Shown: positions 23,381 through 35,990, counted from the whole stretch's first letter. The stretch: 62,620 nt of DNA, filler included, from Sphacelaria rigidula (GCA_964200075.2; 6 parts of 6 records of this genome joined end to end with filler, not necessarily neighbours in it), one strand, 5' to 3'. Numbers and translations: made by a program. Notes: generated by a model from the letters alone, not told the origin.

Positions 23381-24880
23381 AAGGGGAGCTCAAAGTGTGA
23401 CAGGGTGGTACGGGAGCACGTGCTCGCTTGTACGATTTCAGAGTAATTGATCGGCATCACCTCACAGTGGTTCACTCGATGTACATCAAGCAGTTTCGTA
23501 CTCCATGTTCACCGTATTGAATTGACTTGTACCACGAATATACACACATGCTGTACACCCCGTGGATACTGACGATAGGAACAAGAATTAGGCCAAGGCA
23601 CACCGATCATCACCAATACGTGTTCTTTTTCCCGAGACATGTTGCCCTGTTCAGCTCTTGCAAGGCCAAAAATCCGCGAACGAACATTATACCCAGCACA
23701 CCTGAAAAGGTAGGAAAGGTGTGCGGTATGCGGCATCTGGTAGTGGTCTTATCGGATGTCACTCTAGAGTTTCGTCGTGGTCACACTTTACGTATCCTTC
23801 GATATTTTCATATTTCCATGGGTGGGACAAACCACCGCTGGTTCGAATCACCATATCTACGACTTATAGGGCTCGGATCAAAAAGGTCTTGACGCAAATT
23901 GTGCGCTGTTCCACGTGCCTGCGGTGAAAAGCTGAACATAAAGCCCAAGGATTGATTCGTACGGTATGAGCCAAGTGCACTACAAGCTTTTCAGACTAAT
24001 AATTATTATTTCGACCCTAATCATGTTTTTTCTAGGGGAGGGACAGATACGGTCGCCATCCACTTGAAAACACGTGCTGTAGCAGTGCGCAAGTACGATG
24101 TACGATACAAAACCGAACGAAATGAGTAAACACAGCGATAACGCAGGTCCCAAATATCGCCGGCAAGCATATCGTCACCTAAAGGGGACTAATTTTGATT
24201 GTACCTCAAAACATTCTGCAACTCAGCATGTTACGTCAAAACACTCTGCAACTCAGTGGAGGGGCGTCCTCCCCAACTCGGCTGCCCGAATACCATACAT
24301 GGTTGAACATGCATTTTGTTGTTGCCAAATTTTACGGCCACCCTAACCCAAACCCAAGGCAGATCGAGAACCCTCGGCAAGGATAGTGTATGCAGTGCCC
24401 CAAGCAAGGTGCGCATTGTCAGAGATCAAGTTGGTGCCTGCTCAGGCACCAGCCGGAGCCAAAAGTCGTGCTCAGCACGCTGGGCTTGCCTTCGGGGCTG
24501 TTGGCTGTGTTAAGATCCGAAAATGGTGATCCAGATCGAAAACAAGTCTGTTGTTTTCACCACGAATTTGGGGAGCCGAGTTGGAGAGAACTCTCTTTTG
24601 GTTCAGCGGACGCGAGCAACTCTCGCCGAGGGGCACTGTGGACCTGGCCCATTGACGTACTTTCTCGTGTCCGTATATGTGTTGAGTCGGTCTGTGAGTA
24701 CAGGCCAAACAACGTGGTGCAGATTGATATGGTAGCTCGAAAAATGACTACAGTACTGTGCGCCTGAATTATTTATTTTTCGGAAGGGTTCTTCCTCGTG
24801 ACTCCTCTTCGATAGTGCTAGCGTCGGTAGATTTTGGTGAAATAAACAGATTGTCTTCCCCCTTCCCCAGTGCCCAAGAT

Positions 24881-24950
24881 TGCTCCGTCTCGAAAGGGAT
24901 GCGTGGTCAATGGTCAAACGACTAAGGCAAGCAACAAATGAGTATACCCC
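24881..24950 (+). mobile_element. 66-bp LINE 3'-end mini-element, free-standing copy
   Basis: TGCTCCGTCTCGAAAGGGATGCGTGGTCAATGGTCAAACGACTAAGGCAAGCAACAAATGAGTATACCCC matches the 3' ends of the LINEs at 34082 and 47333. Confidence 0.85.
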
Positions 24951-25366
24951 AATCCAAGTTTGTGTTACTTGGTGTTATCGGGCGATACGAGTGGATACTC
25001 CGCTTATCAGGAGGGTGTTATTCACCGTGAAACACAGTCATTCAGCTCTAGTGCAACGAGTAGGTAGAATTTCATAAAATAATTCTATACATTTCTTCAC
25101 AAAGACGATCGGGACAGGCTCTATCGACCGACAATACACAAGAGTCAAAATCTGGGCTGAAACGTGGCAGGACCGCCGATGACCGATCAGCACATAAGTC
25201 ACTCAATATTGAGTACAGGTGTTTTTTTTCTTGGAATATCAAGCAGATACAGCTATCTTCAGATCCTCAACGTGATGAGCGGTGGCAAGCGCAAGAACCT
25301 GACAAAATTGCCAATTACGAAGAAATTACCAATATGACCAGTCCAGGCGCCCAGTACTGTACGTAC

Positions 25367-27402
25367 AGGTATTTGCTGTCGAGTGATTGCCGTATCCCTT
25401 TTTCGCGTGTATCCGAGTGGTCTGTTGCACGTTGCGTTACGCATCATCTCAGCCAAGTAAACCTTCTTCAGGCGATACTTGTGCAAAGCCAACAAACCAC
25501 TCCTGACATGATTTGTGCGAAGTCGTCCAAGTTCAGGATTTCCCGTACAGAACCCGCAAAGTCCGACCCACGGTAAGCCCAAAGGTTTATTTTTTCAAGG
25601 CTCTTCACATGACCGGTGCTACGTGTGTCTCTTCACGTGTCCATATTTCTGGTCGTGTTCAAATACTTGTACGAGCTGGGCAATCTTAAAAGCGGCTAAA
25701 AGTTGCTCACACCAGAGCTTTCCCAGTTTCCCGAATGAACCCGATGTCAGCATATCACTGTGAACTGCAGACCCACCTGATGACAAAGGACTGCGTCGCT
25801 GTTCGATTGGCGTCGTATTGCCGATGACGTTATTGTACTGCATAAAGTACAGGGTGCGTCTCACATCGTTGGGCGATAGCGTGTCGGAATGCTTCTTCTT
25901 TTTTATGCGGTGGGTTCACGTCAGGAATCACCCCGCACTGGGTATATGTGGGGTGCAGCAGCGTCACGCAAAACGTTGCACGCCCGGCCCAATTCGACGA
26001 CTCTTGAGCTCAAATTTCATGAAGGCCTTCTGCACCCAAGGAAATGATACATCTCGGGAGAAGCTGCAGATTCTCATTTTTTCCTGGACTTATGACATTA
26101 TCTTGTTTTTGCTGAAATTTCAAATCCTCATAACGTCCTCTTTTTTTTTTTCCTGCTCTCGGGATGTTCTGCATGTCGATCACACTAAGCTGCTGTCAAA
26201 ATTTCAGCGTCCAAATCCTAATTTTACACCGTGCGTCGCCTAAGCGAGAAAACTATCCATTGTTGGCTGGCCCAGCTCGTATAGTAAAGTGAGATTTCCG
26301 TTTTTGCCGTCCGGTTCGAGGATGTTCATGTGAGACTTCTACCCGATGCAGAGATGGTAACATGAGAAGTTCACTTTTGCGCTCGGTTCAAAGGTAGTCA
26401 TATGACTCTTGTGCCCGGGTCAATGACGGACATATGAGAGCTTTCCCTGCACGTGAAAACCTTGGGTGATTCTTCTTCTTTCTCAGTAGTACGCGGTGTA
26501 GCACTTCATACTCATGTGTATATATTACAAGTACACAATAGTATCCAAGTACACGCCCAAGTGTCGTATCTTGAACGGCTTACAGCAGTAGGTTTGTTGT
26601 AATCTTCAACGATGCAGCGAATGAATAAACCGAATGCTTCTCACCCAAGCTCCGCTGCGAATTTATTGAGCCTCGTCCACCACGAGACAGTGGTTTGGAC
26701 CCTGTTTCGCTTCGCTATCTTGTAGTTGCGATACCCCTTATCCTGCAGAAGGGGTGTTATACCCCGTCATCTACAGTAGTTGAAGTGAGGAGCTCCAAGC
26801 TCTGCGCGGGTGAAGCAGAGCGCCCATCAGCAATGGATTCATGATGGTAGATTCTGAGCGCAGAAAACGGACGAAGCAACTCACAGTACTATGGGTGATG
26901 CTGACCTGTTTTCGCGAAGCCTAGGCTATACGACACACACACAGCATCATGATGCTATGTAGCACTGCAGGTTTTGCCCCCAAGTTGCATTCGCACCTGT
27001 TTGCTCGAACTTCAGTGTATGTAACGGTTTGGTATGCGTTGGTGTGCATGAAACGGCTCAGAACAGGAAAATAAAACACGATAGTAGCAACAACCGACCT
27101 CGCCTGTTTTCTTCGTTTGCGCTCGGCACCAGCAGCACCATCAACAACGATATTCCAACTACTGCACTCATTGGGTGTGGCAGCTGTCGACCGCACACCC
27201 GTAGCAAGACGGGGTTCCAAGATTCATGAGCAACGCACGCGAAACACATTCACTGTTCACACGATAGGTACCACTGCACACTGTCGGAACCAAAAATACC
27301 AGCAACACCCACCACGTACGCCCGGTACACCGCGTACAATGCTACGCCTCCAGCGGCATACATAGGGAAGTCCGAGTTCAGGAAGTCCTTTTCTGCGCCC
27401 AT
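25367..27402 (-). CDS. Unknown protein with an N-terminal hydrophobic anchor; candidate exons 27402-27313, 26742-26645, 25502-25367 (continuation unresolved)
   Basis: ATG plus phase-compatible GT-AG junctions (0, 2) give MGAEKDFLNSDFPMYAAGGVALYAVYRAYV|DKGYRNYKIAKRNRVQTTVSWWTRLNKFAAELG|SGLLALHKYRLKKVYLAEMMRNAT... No family recognised. Confidence 0.45.
25672..26279. mobile_element. Second TA-flanked CGAGCTGGGC-terminated MITE (Tc1/mariner-like)
   Basis: TA|CGAGCTGGGC ... GCCCAGCTCG|TA, with internal AAATTTCA motifs like those in 1883-3071. Confidence 0.65.
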
Positions 27403-27928
27403 GATTGCTGTAATGCAATGTGATGAGGCTAAGTATAGAGCTGCCAAACACACCGTCCCGCGTCCCGAACACGGCGCAGTAAACATAGCCTCATGATTTA
27501 GTCATTATCTATTTCCGGTGGAGTGTGTCTGTGTGCAGATTCACGGGGGAGATGCCGACAATAAAGTGCTTTTAATAGCGAGGGGATGCTGAATCCTTTG
27601 TCAAATAAGACTTGGGAGAGTGATAAGTTTGTTTTTGTTAAAGGAATTTTTTTCAACTGCTAATGGGTATTTAAGTTGTTTGCCCTCTCTCCTTAGTGAC
27701 ATAGGAAATGACTGCTTACAGATATATCTTAATCCAAAGTAGTGAATTTAATTCAATGTATATCTTATGCAATAAGCCCAAAGCCGTGTCGCACCCCTGC
27801 ACCTCTCCGCTGGGCTGCGTTGTACCACCGGAGCTCCGCGCCTGATGAGGTCAACACAACTTGACAAGGGAACTGATAAAAAAGTGAAAATATAGAACAG
27901 TGTGCTATCAAGAGAAAAGGCAACGATA

Positions 27929-28113
27929 ATGGATGAATACACTGAATTCACGAGTGACGACTTCGACGTGAAAGCTTGGATCAACGCTACCGTAGCTAGC
28001 CATTTGCAACTCCAGGAACAGCAGACTTCGGCGGCTGGTACTGCAACCGAGCAAAAAAGCAGCAATGGATCAGTTGGAGGAACGAATTTTTCTTCAGCGG
28101 CGACGCCCAACAG
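27929..28113 (+). CDS. COG7: Conserved oligomeric Golgi complex subunit 7, first coding exon
   Basis: MDEYTEFTSDDFDVKAWINAT matches, by recall, the COG7 N-terminus (F..DDFDVK.WINA). The exon ends at AG|GCAAGT (or at a GT ~9 nt later). Further exons not identified on the contig. Confidence 0.75.
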
Positions 28114-29629
28114 GCAAGTCTTGTGAGCAGGTTTTCACAATGCAGCGCTGATAGTGGTGGTTTGTTCCGAAATGCCATCATTGGACATCATACGATGGTG
28201 CAGTGCTATCGTAGTTTATAGAGGCCGGTCCTGTAGTTTTGTTCCGTCTCGAAAGAAAACCGGCGGCTGTGGTCCGATGTGTCGTCCCCTCGAGTCCAGT
28301 GCAGAGCAGAGCAGTACCCCCGTGCGGTTGACGTTTGACAATGATCTTTGCGATTCTGATGCACTGCGCACTCTCTCGTGAGCTCAGCTCTCATGTGCCG
28401 GCCTCGCCGCTGACCGCGGCACGTCGGCGATTGTCATTTTGTTAATTCCAAACTCTTCATCTCGTACCCCTGTTCACTCTTTCGGTGATATGCGATCTGC
28501 CCGAAAATCATTGTGAATACCGTAGATCATGATATAAATTCGCGGTTGATAAGTTATTGGAACCCGAAGTGTATCACCCGGAGGTGAAACTTTATCTGGG
28601 GGGTGTTGGGGGGCGGGATGAGATACGACGTACTTTGGACGTACAGTATCGTGGGCACTGGTGCGATACCAAAAATAGAAAAATAGCCACTCACGACCTG
28701 GGATTGGGGGTGGTATACCACGTACGATATACCCCGTGTTACACCGTGCTCATCGCATGAGCCTCCTCCGACGACATGAAGTCATCCTCCATAAGCGCCA
28801 ACACACGAAAATAATATGACTTCCCGACAGTTTTTGAGGGGCGAGGGGGCATTCGTCGACATTTCACCACTCAAAAATTGGTAACCTCGGCTGGGAATGA
28901 TATGCGGCACAAGTGTACGTTCCAAGCTTCGAACAAACAGCCACCTCGAATACAGCCACCTCGAGTACCACCACGAAGACAATGCCCGCGAGCAACACCC
29001 TGTCGCATGATTTTTTTTTTCTTTAATTATATGCTAACCTCCTGCTGCAATGAATTGTCCCCGCATAAAAAGGCGATACGATTTGTCCTCGTGAGTTTCA
29101 CCGCGCACTACAAAAAACGAACCGGAATCGCCCACGTGTGCGGATCCAACTATAAATGAGAAAGGAAAGGATGAAAACAACACGACACGACCCCAACCTT
29201 TGGCAACATTTTGGCGGACTTTCATGTCCAAAGATCCAAGTGAGGAGTAAGATATACTTGTGTTGGTTGTGTCGCATGAACGAACGTCGGCATTGTTCCG
29301 CCGTGGTATCCCGTGCGGGTAGGAGCAAGAGGCTACGACGGAACTGTGAAATCAATTCGACGGTGTTTTCCCCGCGGACTTCACGGTGATCCTGGCAGTT
29401 TCGACCGTTGATACGGGATGGATGGTATCGCCGATGCTGCTGGCATGACACATGATTTTTCTCAATCGCGATTTTCTCGAGGCAAAACTTCCACGGTTCG
29501 GACGAAAAAAATAGTGACTCGACTCATATTCGAGATTTGTACGAATCAATCATATGATTTGTACACAGTTCTGGGTTCGTGATTCGTGCGGTACGCTGAC
29601 GAATGTACACGATTTCTACCTTCAATTTG

Positions 29630-30900
29630 TATGGCAGAAATCATGAGTACACGTTTCCCACCTTTCATGCGCATGCCATGAATCATAGGTGCATGTTCCG
29701 CACTTTCCACTCATGCAGCATGAATCATAGGCACACGTTCCCCACCTTACATCCATATGCCATGAAACATATGTTCATGTTTACCCCCTTCCGTATCATA
29801 CGCCATGAATCATTTGTACGTGTTTACCCCCTCCATCCATGCTGCATGGATCATAGTTACATGTTTCCGACTTTCCATTCATGCAGCATGAATCATACGT
29901 ACATGCTGTCCACCTTGTGTTCGTATGACATAAATCATGTGAATATGTTGTTTCCCACCTGTCATTTCATGGGGCGCGACTCTTCGGTTGCGCGACCTCT
30001 TTGCAGGTGGGGTGGGCAAAGAAGAGCGTACGAAGAGCCAAATCCTCAATAATGATCGAAATTCCAAATGTTGTACTTGCACGTAGTCCAACACATGCAT
30101 CAAATATAGTACAACACACGCGTCTGTGTGTCCAGACCAGTTATTTTCGCCATTTTTTTTTCGGGCTATGCTCGTGGCAACCGTTGTGGTTCCATGTGTT
30201 CTGTTGTACAGCTGACCTGAAAATGCTGTATTCAATACCACGCACACTTGCAAAGAACACAGCACCAGCACGAGTCGTCTGCGCATGTTCGCGGGAGATT
30301 TCGGGAATCCTCCGGCAGCGTACACTTCAGTTCGCAGACGGCACGACACAGCAGTGCACAGCACGCATCTACGCGCGGTGAGCGCTTCTTCTAGCTGTTT
30401 TATTTTCCCGGGCTAAGCTGTTGATAGATGGCCTATGTGCAGTTTCATGTTTTATTCTGCGGTACAGTTGCCCTCAATATATATATATATATATAGCAGT
30501 ACGAGGACAGCTTCAGACAGAACCAGTACTACAAGAGTCGTCCCCGCATATTCGCGCGAGTTTTCGGAAACACTCCGGCAGCGCCCACTGCAGTCAGTAG
30601 GCAGTACAGTACAGCATAGCATAGCGCTGTATAATATGCACAGCGGACAACAGACAGCAGTAGTACGAAATCCTCCGTACATACGTCATGAATCATAGCT
30701 ACATACTGCGTTTATCGTCTTGATTCATGCACATGTTTCCCACCTTCCATTCATGCGAGGTGAACCAAGCATGTATATTTCCCAATTTCAGTTCGCAGAA
30801 TGAATCATACGTACATGTTCCCCACCTTCCATTCATACGAGATGAATCTAGTGTATATGTTTCCCACCAATGATTCGTGCAGGGAATGTGATTCGTACAT
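29630..30900. repeat. Degenerate 42-bp minisatellite in two blocks (~29630-29960, ~30688-30900) split by unrelated sequence
   Basis: Unit ATGAATCATAGGTGCATGTTCCGCACTTTCCACTCATGCAGC at 29678, 29720, 29762 and onward. Confidence 0.8.
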
Positions 30901-31189
30901 ATTTTGCACTCTCGATTCGTGTGACACTATTATATTTGGAGTGTACGCATTCCCGGTTCGTGATTCGAGTGGTATGATATTGAAGGTACAACTTGACCCA
31001 CCGTGTATCATACCGCATGACTCTTTGGTACATGATTCGCATTTAACCTTCATGGGGAGTCAACACGTATGAACCCTGATTCGTCCGAATCGTGAAAACT
31101 TCCGTAGAACGCCGTGCAAAAGGGTACGCGACCGTCGTCCTTGGCGCAATATGTATACCCTGTTGTGTTCTGAAGGGTAGATCGGCTGT

Positions 31190-31262
31190 GTGTCTGTGTG
31201 TGTGTGTTGTCGTCCCATTTATTCTGGGCACCAGTCTTCACCTTTCGGTATATGTGGGCGCA
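31190..31262 (-). repeat. Copy of the (CA)n-tailed retroposon tail at contig end
   Basis: Reverse complement reads AAGGTGAAGACTGGTGCCCAGAATAAATGGGACGACAACACACACAC. Confidence 0.6.
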
Positions 31263-31362
31263 NNNNNNNNNNNNNNNNNNNNNNNNNNNNNNNNNNNNNN
31301 NNNNNNTTAATTAATTAANNNNNNNNNNNNNNNNNNNNNNNNNNNNNNNNNNNNNNNNNNNN
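31263..31362. other. Artificial contig linker
   Basis: N44-TTAATTAATTAA-N44. Confidence 0.98.
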
Positions 31363-32219
31363 GATCACGCCCCCGTGTGCCCGGAAATGGTTCCCGAGTC
31401 TCTCTGCATCTACACAAGAACTGGACTCACAAATCACAACGCATTGGTCTTTGCGCTCGCGTGGGGGGTATGTCGCATCATGTTGCGATGTCGGGGCCCT
31501 TTCATCACCAACGGATGGGTATCACATCATCGATGATTGGTCCAAGGAGTGGATGAAAACTGTCACACATACAGTAATAGCGTTGACCCCTACAGAGTAA
31601 CATACGCCCAACAAAAATGGATGGATAGCTAGAGCCCCCGCCCTTGGCAGTCGCTGAATGCACGCAGCCCGTGTGAATCATCTTTTGTAGTACATCAAAC
31701 AGCGAAAATGAACCGAACCTCGCGACATTCATTTTGGTTCCTCCTGTCTTCACCACTACGGCGATGTAGTGGCCCTGCCTTTCTTGGCAACTTTGAGTCA
31801 ATCGCATATCTCGCCTGCACCGACGCCAACAATAACAACATCCACATGACATGAAGCCGAAGATACAATCCGGACTTCTCGCTCGTTGTTGGTGACTGTT
31901 ACACGCGATCCAGATGGATGTGATGCGTGTGCTCCCCGGATGTTACGGTTGAGCGCATGTTACTCTGTAGGGGTCAACACGATTACTGTACGTGTGACAG
32001 TTCTCATCCACTCCTTGGACCAATCATTCATGATATGATACCCATCCGTTGGTGACGAAAGGGCCTACGGTGACCTTGACACCAGCCCCGATATCGCAAC
32101 ATGATGTGACATAACCCCCCCGCGAGCGCAAAGACCAATGCGTTGTGATTTGTGAGTCCAGTTCTTGTGTAGATGCAGAGAGACTCGGGAACCATTTCCG
32201 GGCACACGGGGGCGTGATC
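31363..32219. repeat. Long inverted repeat: arms 31363-31612 and 31948-32219, ~335-bp spacer, left arm cut by the contig start
   Basis: The arms align as reverse complements over their whole length. The outer ~95 bp are identical; the inner part has substitutions and a ~22-bp indel. Confidence 0.9.
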
Positions 32220-33344
32220 GTTGTGGCGTCCGTGACCGGCACATTAGCGGGAAAAGAGCCGAATGTGTATGCGCCATGGTTGGAGTTGGCGCGTGGACTC
32301 CCTTCCGCGCCGTGTGCCGTATCACGTACAGAGTAGCAAGCGGTGGCCCAGAACAGGTACTCTCTCGGCCGGATGGTGGTCCAGATAAGGTGCTATTTTG
32401 AAAAGGATTCCTGGATCAGGCATACCTGGTGGATATTTGGTCTAGAAAGGGGAAGTGGTTTCTCGAAGCGAGATGCCCTTTTGCGCATGGCCGTATACCG
32501 CGAGCAACATGTGATATTTCTGTTAAGTTTTTCGAGGCCCGGGTGCCAAGGAGCCCGCCGATGGTATGTGCGTGAAGAAAAAAGAGCGAAAATGGTCGAG
32601 ATTGTGTGTTGTGCTGTTTTCGACCCCTCTGGATAATGACAAGACGATTACATTGTCAACATATGTACTGGGTACAATATGGAATATATTATCTATCGCG
32701 ATATATGCAATAGTCACGCACTGTCCAGGGCGTGCTCTTTTTACATTCCTGGTCAGTTTTTGTGCCCTCCTTAGGCAACAAAACGAGAAGGTATACCTTT
32801 TCGGGCGATTGCCCTAGTCTATTACCATCATCATTATTATTATTCTCACGACCAGTAGTGATATGAACACCATCCTCATCATTATCATCCTCATCATCAC
32901 TATTGCTGTTATTATGATCACCATTTGTAGTGTTCACTAACTAATTTTTTTGTATTCTGCAGGATACACCGGCTGAAGTTCGAGCATTGACGCAAGTATA
33001 GCAAAGGGTGTTTCATCGGTAAATGCCCTTCCGAATCGACTGTTCGGAGGAGGCGACTCGACACCCTATTGACCCACATCGGAATGTTGCCAACATACCC
33101 CGGTATGGTTTAAAATAGCATGCCAACCAAAAATCCTGTACTTTCGGGTATATACCCTACACGACACAAAATATTTTTCATAAATCACCACGTGAGCCCG
33201 ATCGTTCTGACACGCAGCCAACGTTTACCAAAACTCTCAAGCACATTCCTGCACCGGGTCCAACAACATACTTTTCAAAACGTGGAGAAGCATCTTTTTT
33301 CCCAAAAGTCTGAATATGGACTATTTCACCCCCCGCACCCGCCT

Positions 33345-33434
33345 CTAGAGGAGTAGGAACGGTACTCCGTTTCTCTGGGGATGCGTGGTCAATGATCAGA
33401 CGACTGGGGCAAGCAACAAATGAGTACGTACCCC
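33345..33434 (+). mobile_element. Diverged LINE 3'-end fragment, slightly longer than the 66-bp form
   Basis: AGGAGTAGGAACGGTACTCCGTTTCTCTGGGGATGCGTGGTCAATGATCAGACGACTGGGGCAAGCAACAAATGAGTACG. Confidence 0.75.
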
Positions 33435-33646
33435 GCCTCGCGCGCGCGTATAATCTGGGCTCATCGCGGAAATTGCATGTGGTGCCTGGATGAAAAATTA
33501 CGCAAGGCCTAGTACGGTACATCAAAATACTGCGGCACAATGTTGTCATGATCGCGCCGAGTAGTGAAAACGTTTCACTTTTACTTGCACCACACTTTTC
33601 CATCTGCACTATAAACAAACAAAACATGGAGCGAGAATAAACAGAC

Positions 33647-33692
33647 CGGTAGGTAGGTAGGTAGGTAGGTAGGTAGGTAGGTGGATGGATGG
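33647..33692. repeat. (GGTA)n microsatellite
   Basis: Seen directly. Confidence 0.9.
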
Positions 33693-34081
33693 GTGAGAAA
33701 GATACTTAAAGAAGCGGTGCAATTATTCTTAATCTCGTCTCCAGGAGACAGATGGGAACCTTTTACCATGCACTTCTTCGCTGTATGTAGTTTCGTGCGG
33801 CGCATTTGAGTTTGCCCCACCCGCGGTATGTTTCGTACCCAGCCCTTGTGGCTGACTAGTGATTGAGGGTCGGATGTACGGGTGAACACCAAGGTGTGAA
33901 TGCCCCCCCAACCAGGTAGTCTTGAACTGGGAAGCATCCCTTTCCCTCATCCAGGGAAGGCCTTCCTCGCGGAGCAAACCTCTTTCAATGTCCTCCAGCT
34001 CGGCTCTGTACACGTGTCACACTACCCATCCGCGCGTGGGTTCTCAGAAGCGGAGCAGAGACCACGGATTCCTCTCGAGGA

Positions 34082-35990
34082 GGGGGGGGGGCGTACTCAC
34101 TTGTTTCTAGCCTCAGTTGTTTGACCATTGGACCACGCATCTCTTTCGAGACGGAGCACCGTTCTCAATCCTAATACGGACACCTCCAAAATTCAGGTGC
34201 TCATCACGTCTCTCCCATATATTGCACAAAACCTTCTGAATATCTTCATCTCGTCCTGTTTCGCCGTCTGTGGCCACCATCTATCTCCTAGTATGGCCAT
34301 CGTTTCCCCCCTACTGTTGCAATCAGCCAATGTGAGATAATCAACCGATCAATCAATCAATCACTGTCGAATGCATCGAACGGTTTCACGCGACTTTATT
34401 GTGTGCTTTCCGCGTTTCCACCTTTTGTGCGTCCCGTTCCTTTTAGTATAGTTCACATTCTGCCACTAAATGAGTAATAATTTCCATTGCTTCGTCAGAG
34501 TCGCAGCTCCGTGCATCTACTTCCTTGTCCACTCGACTACTGGTTCATCTCTTTCTTCTTTTCGACAGCTCTAGGCCCCCCACTCGAAATCGCAGTCTCA
34601 TATTTTTCCGCCGCGTTCATTGGGTCATGCAAATACGTTTCAAGCCCTATCCCCCCTTTCAACCCCCAAAATATCTCCAGGTGTTCTTCCTCGTCTACTC
34701 TGCGCCCAAGTGTTTGTTTTCCCATTAGTTTTATCATGTGTCTTACTTTTGTCTTGTATCCGCAGCATTCGCCTTCGGACATATTTAGCTTAGTTTTCTG
34801 CCATCTTTCAAAGGCTCTCGACTACTTCATCCCACCTTATCCCAGCGTGCCTTTTCTTCATTTTCTTCAATGCAGTGCCATCAGCTACGGCTGGCAATTT
34901 CCTTCTCTGCATGTTCTTCACGCTATATTGCTATTTCAATTTTATCGTGTCTCTGATTATTACAAGTGGGCACATTCCTATTTCTGCCCTCAACTCTTCA
35001 CGAATCATCGTCTTTGAGCATCCACATATTTTCTCCCCACTCCCTGCGTTGCTGCTTGTTTTGCTGCCATCAGATAACAAATAAACATTTTAAATACAGT
35101 GGGTGATGACGTACATTTTATCATAGTGCAACTCCTGATGAAATATCAAAATATTTCGATATTTCCCCGTCTAGCATCATAGCACGTTCGACACATTCTG
35201 TCATCTTCTTCATCATTCTCCATATCCTTCCTCTGATGCCAGTTTCCCACATCTTTTTCCTCACCCCATTTCTCCATACGGTGTCATAGCCCCTTTGTAC
35301 GTCTAGAAAAGAGAAGTACGTTGTCAGCACGGTGTTTTTCCTTCCCTCAAGAATCTTACCAAATTAGTACACATGATCCACGCAACTACGGCTTAGTCTC
35401 AAACCTGCTTGCCGCTTGCTGATCTTTCTTTCATTCTCTGGGATCGTTCCCACTTCATCATTCAGGATCCCAAGTAATGTTTTCTTACAGTACTCAGCAG
35501 CGTTATCCCTCTATAATTCCCGGGCTCAGACCTGCCTCCATTCTTGAAAAGGTGGACTACTACTCCTTCTCTTGATCCAGTTTTACAGCACGACCATCAT
35601 GGTAATCATTGCCTCTCTCCCGTACCTAAAATTCATTCACCATCTCGTCTGCTCCTGCTATCCCTTGCTCTTGCGTTTAGCTACACACTTCCTTACTTCA
35701 TCTCTGGTTAACTGTCTCTGTACTTCTTTAGAACCACTATCCTCCCATTTGGACGCCTCTAGATTTCCCTCTGCCGACGCGTCGATTTTGGTTTTGAGTT
35801 CCACGTCGAACTTCGTGTTGGTTCTTGGTGTTCCTTGTTCACGGCAGTGCTTTACTAGCACTCCTCTCTTCCTCTTCTTACCACCCGTCATTTCTACCGT
35901 TTCGTGCCCGACGTGTGGCTATCTCTTGGTTCATCTTTCCTGCCTGGCTTCCCGTGATCCCTACCCATATTTGTTTCATCCCGCCTTCAA
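34082..35990 (-). mobile_element. Decayed non-LTR retrotransposon (LINE) with reverse transcriptase remnants; 5'-truncated and internally deleted
   Basis: NYRGITLLS, QAG.R..RSCVDHVY and YFSFLDVQRGYDTVWRNG..K.W..GIRG..W RT motifs, with many stops and frameshifts. Ends in the shared 3' motif plus a C tract. Confidence 0.9.

Noticed and set aside
32024..32394. Phase-0 open segment on the minus strand as the next tyrosinase exon
   Set aside because: It lacks the expected CuB H...H..GG motif and mostly lies within the inverted-repeat arm.
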